Of a stretch of 64,000 bases of DNA, positions 61,611-64,000 are shown piece after piece. Below the pieces are notes generated by a model that was not told where the DNA came from, searched no databases, and worked only from the letters and a program-made list of their open reading frames with translations. Both the position numbers and the translations under genes were made by a program. The first letter of the stretch is position 1; every line of letters starts with the position of its first letter. This DNA comes from an uncultured Candidatus Saccharibacteria bacterium (GTDB lineage Bacteria > Patescibacteriota > Minisyncoccia > Portnoybacterales > UBA2143). The DNA lies in contig CAZVUG010000016.1 of NCBI GenBank assembly GCA_964629675.1, positions 43 through 64,042 on the forward strand, in the 5' to 3' direction.

Positions 61611-61800
61611 CAAAAAATCCCTCTTTGAGGGAATAAAAAAATATTAATACTCTCAAGCCTCGAAGAGATAATACTTAAAAGAAAATAATTAAGCGACCTG
61701 GCTTATTTCTTGCCCTTAGGCAAAAACATCACAGTTGCGGGTCAGCCGAGGATTCTCACCTCAGTTCGTTAATCATTATCTGCTTATTTTAAAATTACTT
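61611..61800 (-). promoter_or_regulatory. Cobalamin-riboswitch-like leader with terminator expression platform
   Basis: Minus-strand core GAACUGAGGUGAGAAUCCUCGGCUGACCCGCAACUGUGA closely parallels the conserved cobalamin aptamer core (GGUGnGAAUCC...GCnGnCCCGCnACUGUGA). Further elements: a closing helix AUUAACGA/UCGCUUAAU, a small hairpin UUGCC-UAAG-GGCAA, an AAGCCAGG B12-box-like element, and terminator UCCCUC-AAA-GAGGGA plus U6 (61632-61612). Confidence 0.6.
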
Positions 61801-61804
61801 TAAT

Positions 61805-61834
61805 AGTATATCACAATTCTATTAAATATTCCAA
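61805..61834 (-). promoter_or_regulatory. Promoter of the riboswitch transcript
   Basis: Minus strand: TTGGAA (61834-29), 18 nt, extended -10 TGaTATACT (61813-05). Confidence 0.5.
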
Positions 61835-61857
61835 AATAAGAATGTGGATAACAAATA

Positions 61858-62394
61858 TTAGTTTATTGATAAGAGCTCAATTTCAAAAATAAGGTTAGCA
61901 TTAGCCGGGATTTTACCATTTGCTGAGCCTTTTTCTCCATAAGCAAATTCAGCCGGAATATATAATCTGATTTTTTCTCCTAGCTTCATCCCAGCAACAC
62001 CAGTATCCCAACCTTTGATTACTTGGCCATTGCCAACAATAAAGGAAAAAGGAATTCCTCGATCTAAACTAGAGTCAAACTTCGTTCCATCTTCCAAAAA
62101 GCCTTCATAATCAACAGTTACTTTATCACCTTTCTCTGCTTTTTGCCCTGTGCTTTCTTGTAATATTTCTTTCTCTAAATTTTCAAATGTTACTTCTAAA
62201 AAAGATTCTTTTTTAGCTTGTTTTTCTTCTTCTGTCTGTTTAACTGTTTCTGTTGGTTCTTCAGAAGTTAATTCTTCTGAATTAACTGTATCGCCTATTT
62301 CTGTATTACCTTCGTTTTCTTGCTTTAAAGAAAGAAGATAGAAAACCAGGCTAGTTGCTATTAAAATAATGATTGCTTGAATAATTTTTTTCAT
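61858..62394 (-). CDS. FKBP-type peptidyl-prolyl cis-trans isomerase, membrane-anchored
   Basis: N-terminal TM segment, acidic linker, and an FKBP domain ([21 protein letters not shown]...[22 protein letters not shown]). Confidence 0.88.
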   Translation of the reverse strand: MKKIIQAIIILIATSLVFYLLSLKQENEGNTEIGDTVNSEELTSEEPTETVKQTEEEKQAKKESFLEVTFENLEKEILQESTGQKAEKGDKVTVDYEGFLEDGTKFDSSLDRGIPFSFIVGNGQVIKGWDTGVAGMKLGEKIRLYIPAEFAYGEKGSANGKIPANANLIFEIELLSIN

Positions 62395-62473
62395 TTTATT
62401 ATCTTTATTATATTATATTCAACATTCTATCATTAAGACAAAAGAAAAATCAATAATAAAAAGAGTAATAATT

Positions 62474-62498
62474 AAAAGCCTGCATTAAACAGGCTTTT
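62474..62498 (-). terminator. Intrinsic terminator after the PKD-domain gene
   Basis: AAAAGCCTG-CATTAAA-CAGGCTTTT. Confidence 0.55.
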
Positions 62499-62518
62499 TA
62501 ATATTATCTATTTATTTT

Positions 62519-64000
62519 TTAAAAAGGAAAGATTTCTCGCCAATTAATAATCCAGCTGCCCTCTGCTAGATGTATTTGTTTAGTACACAAGCAAGGACCG
62601 CAACCATAACCATCAGTTACACTTAAGGTAACATTGTAATATCCTTCTGCAGGTACTGTCGAAAAAGTATGCGTTACTTCTTCTCCACTTTCTGCCGGCG
62701 AACCATCGCCAAAATCCCAACTACGTATTCTCGGATCAGGACCGCTATCATGAAAAGTACTTTTATCTCTAAAAGTAATTGGTTCTCCTGTTTCAAACTC
62801 TGGTATTTGACAATCTTCTTCTATCCCCCCAACGATACAAACAAAATCAGGTTCTGGCCAAATATGCTCTTCTGTTGTAAAAGTACTAGGACCATTATAG
62901 AAAGCAGATTCTCCGCTATAGCTATCCCAAACTTTTAAACGCCAATAATAATCTGTACTTCCTAATTGAATACCGCTTCCTTCAGGTAAGCTATGGAAAT
63001 AAGAAGTATTACCTGAAGTACAAGTATTAACTCCTAACCCATTATTGCAACTATCCCAAGTAATTGGATTATTAAAACCGTTTTCATCATCTATTTGTAA
63101 TTGATAAGATTCTTGATAATCTCCACCAGTAAAATCTATATCATCGTCTTTAAATTCCCAGGGAAAAACATACCCAAAAACATTATCACAACCATTAGTT
63201 AAAACAGGATTATCAAGTTCAGCAGTTGGTAAACGGTTTTCAACAGTCAAAGAATAAATATCCGTTTCATAAGAATTATCCCTTTTATCAATTGCCTGAA
63301 CTTTATATTCAATAACTGTATTAGGTTCATAAGAACCAATATTGATTGAGCAGCTAGTCGTATTGCAAACTTTTGTCTGCCAGTTAGTTTCCCCGGCTAA
63401 GCGATAATTAATAATCTGAGAATCCAATCCGCTTTGATTAGGATCTTGATCATTTGCTAAAGAACATAAAGTAATTTCATTATTATTATAAATATCTCCG
63501 CTATAAGCATCGATACAATTGCCAGTAATTGATTTCCAAACAGAAATTTCTGGCGGAGTTGTGTCAACAAAATAATTTAATTCCCAATAATCTAATGAAG
63601 GCGTTGATGAAGGGGTAGTTGTCAATAATTTTGCTTTAATTTTAAGCGAACGATGAGTTTCTGGATCAATACCTGATATATTAAATGAATGAGTTTGATT
63701 TTCACCTACAGAACTATGATCATAAGAACGAATAACTGAAATTTGATTATCAGTCTCGCCATCTAGGATATAATAAGCAATGTCTGTATTTTGATAAATG
63801 TTTTCTTTAATCACTAAATTATTCCAAGAAAGGATTTTAGAAGAAGCAAATCCAGGAATTGGCTCAATTTTAACGCTAGTTACCATACCTTCAGCACTTG
63901 CTGCATTAATACCGATTTCAAAACCATTATAATAATGAACTCCTCCGGTACCTACTCCTTCAAAATCATCTATTTCTAAAATATCATTTGGAACAACTAT
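62519..64000 (-). CDS. Large secreted/surface protein with PKD-like domain(s); 5' end lies outside the window
   Basis: The reading frame stays open from 63886 to the window edge (my translation ...IVVPNDILEIDDFEGVGTGG...). The C-terminal region has PKD signature WDFGDGS...H.F...G.Y.V.L.V.D. Cys-rich. Confidence 0.7.
   Translation of the reverse strand: MVVPNDILEIDDFEGVGTGGVHYYNGFEIGINAASAEGMVTSVKIEPIPGFASSKILSWNNLVIKENIYQNTDIAYYILDGETDNQISVIRSYDHSSVGENQTHSFNISGIDPETHRSLKIKAKLLTTTPSSTPSLDYWELNYFVDTTPPEISVWKSITGNCIDAYSGDIYNNNEITLCSLANDQDPNQSGLDSQIINYRLAGETNWQTKVCNTTSCSINIGSYEPNTVIEYKVQAIDKRDNSYETDIYSLTVENRLPTAELDNPVLTNGCDNVFGYVFPWEFKDDDIDFTGGDYQESYQLQIDDENGFNNPITWDSCNNGLGVNTCTSGNTSYFHSLPEGSGIQLGSTDYYWRLKVWDSYSGESAFYNGPSTFTTEEHIWPEPDFVCIVGGIEEDCQIPEFETGEPITFRDKSTFHDSGPDPRIRSWDFGDGSPAESGEEVTHTFSTVPAEGYYNVTLSVTDGYGCGPCLCTKQIHLAEGSWIINWREIFPF

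Noticed and set aside
61843-61851. Isolated perfect DnaA box (TGTGGATAA) just after the FKBP gene stop
   Set aside because: A single 9-mer in an AT-rich genome can occur by chance, and there are no neighbouring boxes.
1-64000. Alternative genetic code (UGA recoding, as in some CPR lineages)
   Set aside because: TGA terminates well-conserved genes at the expected length: lgt at 8032-8034, and prfA at 24344-24346 overlapping the trpS ATG. TAA and TAG are also used. No conserved gene needs in-frame stop read-through.
1-64000. CRISPR arrays, rRNA genes, IS elements, integrases, prophage or toxin-antitoxin modules
   Set aside because: Reading both strands by eye, I found no regularly spaced repeats, no transposase/integrase-like ORFs and no rRNA-like segments. 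A computational repeat search could still reveal short or degenerate repeats that I missed.

Overview
The window is a gene-dense, low-GC bacterial fragment. Hand-counted 120-130-nt samples give about 31% GC in core genes. Roughly 75 of about 80 genes lie on the minus strand, many with overlapping stop and start codons. TAA, TAG and TGA all act as stops, so the standard bacterial code applies.

The gene content resembles a reduced, anaerobic, probably monoderm Patescibacteria/CPR-like genome. This placement is an inference from gene content only. Supporting observations:
- a dcw cluster (mraZ-rsmH-ftsL-ftsI-murF);
- ribosomal and translation genes: rplJL, rpsB-tsf, rpmE, a domain-1-less prfA, trpS, and an rpmG that the ORF track missed;
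- six tRNAs;
- a 149-aa EF-Ts and a trigger factor without its PPIase domain;
- a membrane pyrophosphatase and a MacAB-like efflux set;
- many secreted or membrane proteins of unknown function.

Main candidates for something new:
1. A roughly 10-kb translationally coupled operon (27.8-37.8 kb). It is built around the functionally uncharacterised gene set DUF134, MinD/ferredoxin-domain ATPase (two copies), NifX-like and DUF5320. Here it is expanded with a CDF transporter fused to a NifX-like domain, a ferredoxin with a Gly/Arg tail, a thioredoxin reductase lacking the NADPH-binding HRR motif, a WCQPC thioredoxin, a TDT transporter and a binding-protein-less metal ABC transporter.
2. A GC-shifted, self-contained one-gene cassette inserted into the 3' end of rpmG. 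It is flanked by a 39-bp perfect direct repeat.
3. A compact cobalamin-riboswitch-like leader. It controls only a 44-codon ORF and sits next to a GC-shifted, frameshifted PEP-CTERM gene.
4. A class-I release factor lacking domain 1, plus an eRF1-fold 'host attachment'-like protein elsewhere in the window.
5. A 15-bp perfect inverted repeat that would sequester the SD of an RRM RNA-binding-protein gene.
6. GTGG-type repeats in the mraZ leader that are also perfect DnaA boxes.

No CRISPR array, rRNA, transposase or integrase was seen.
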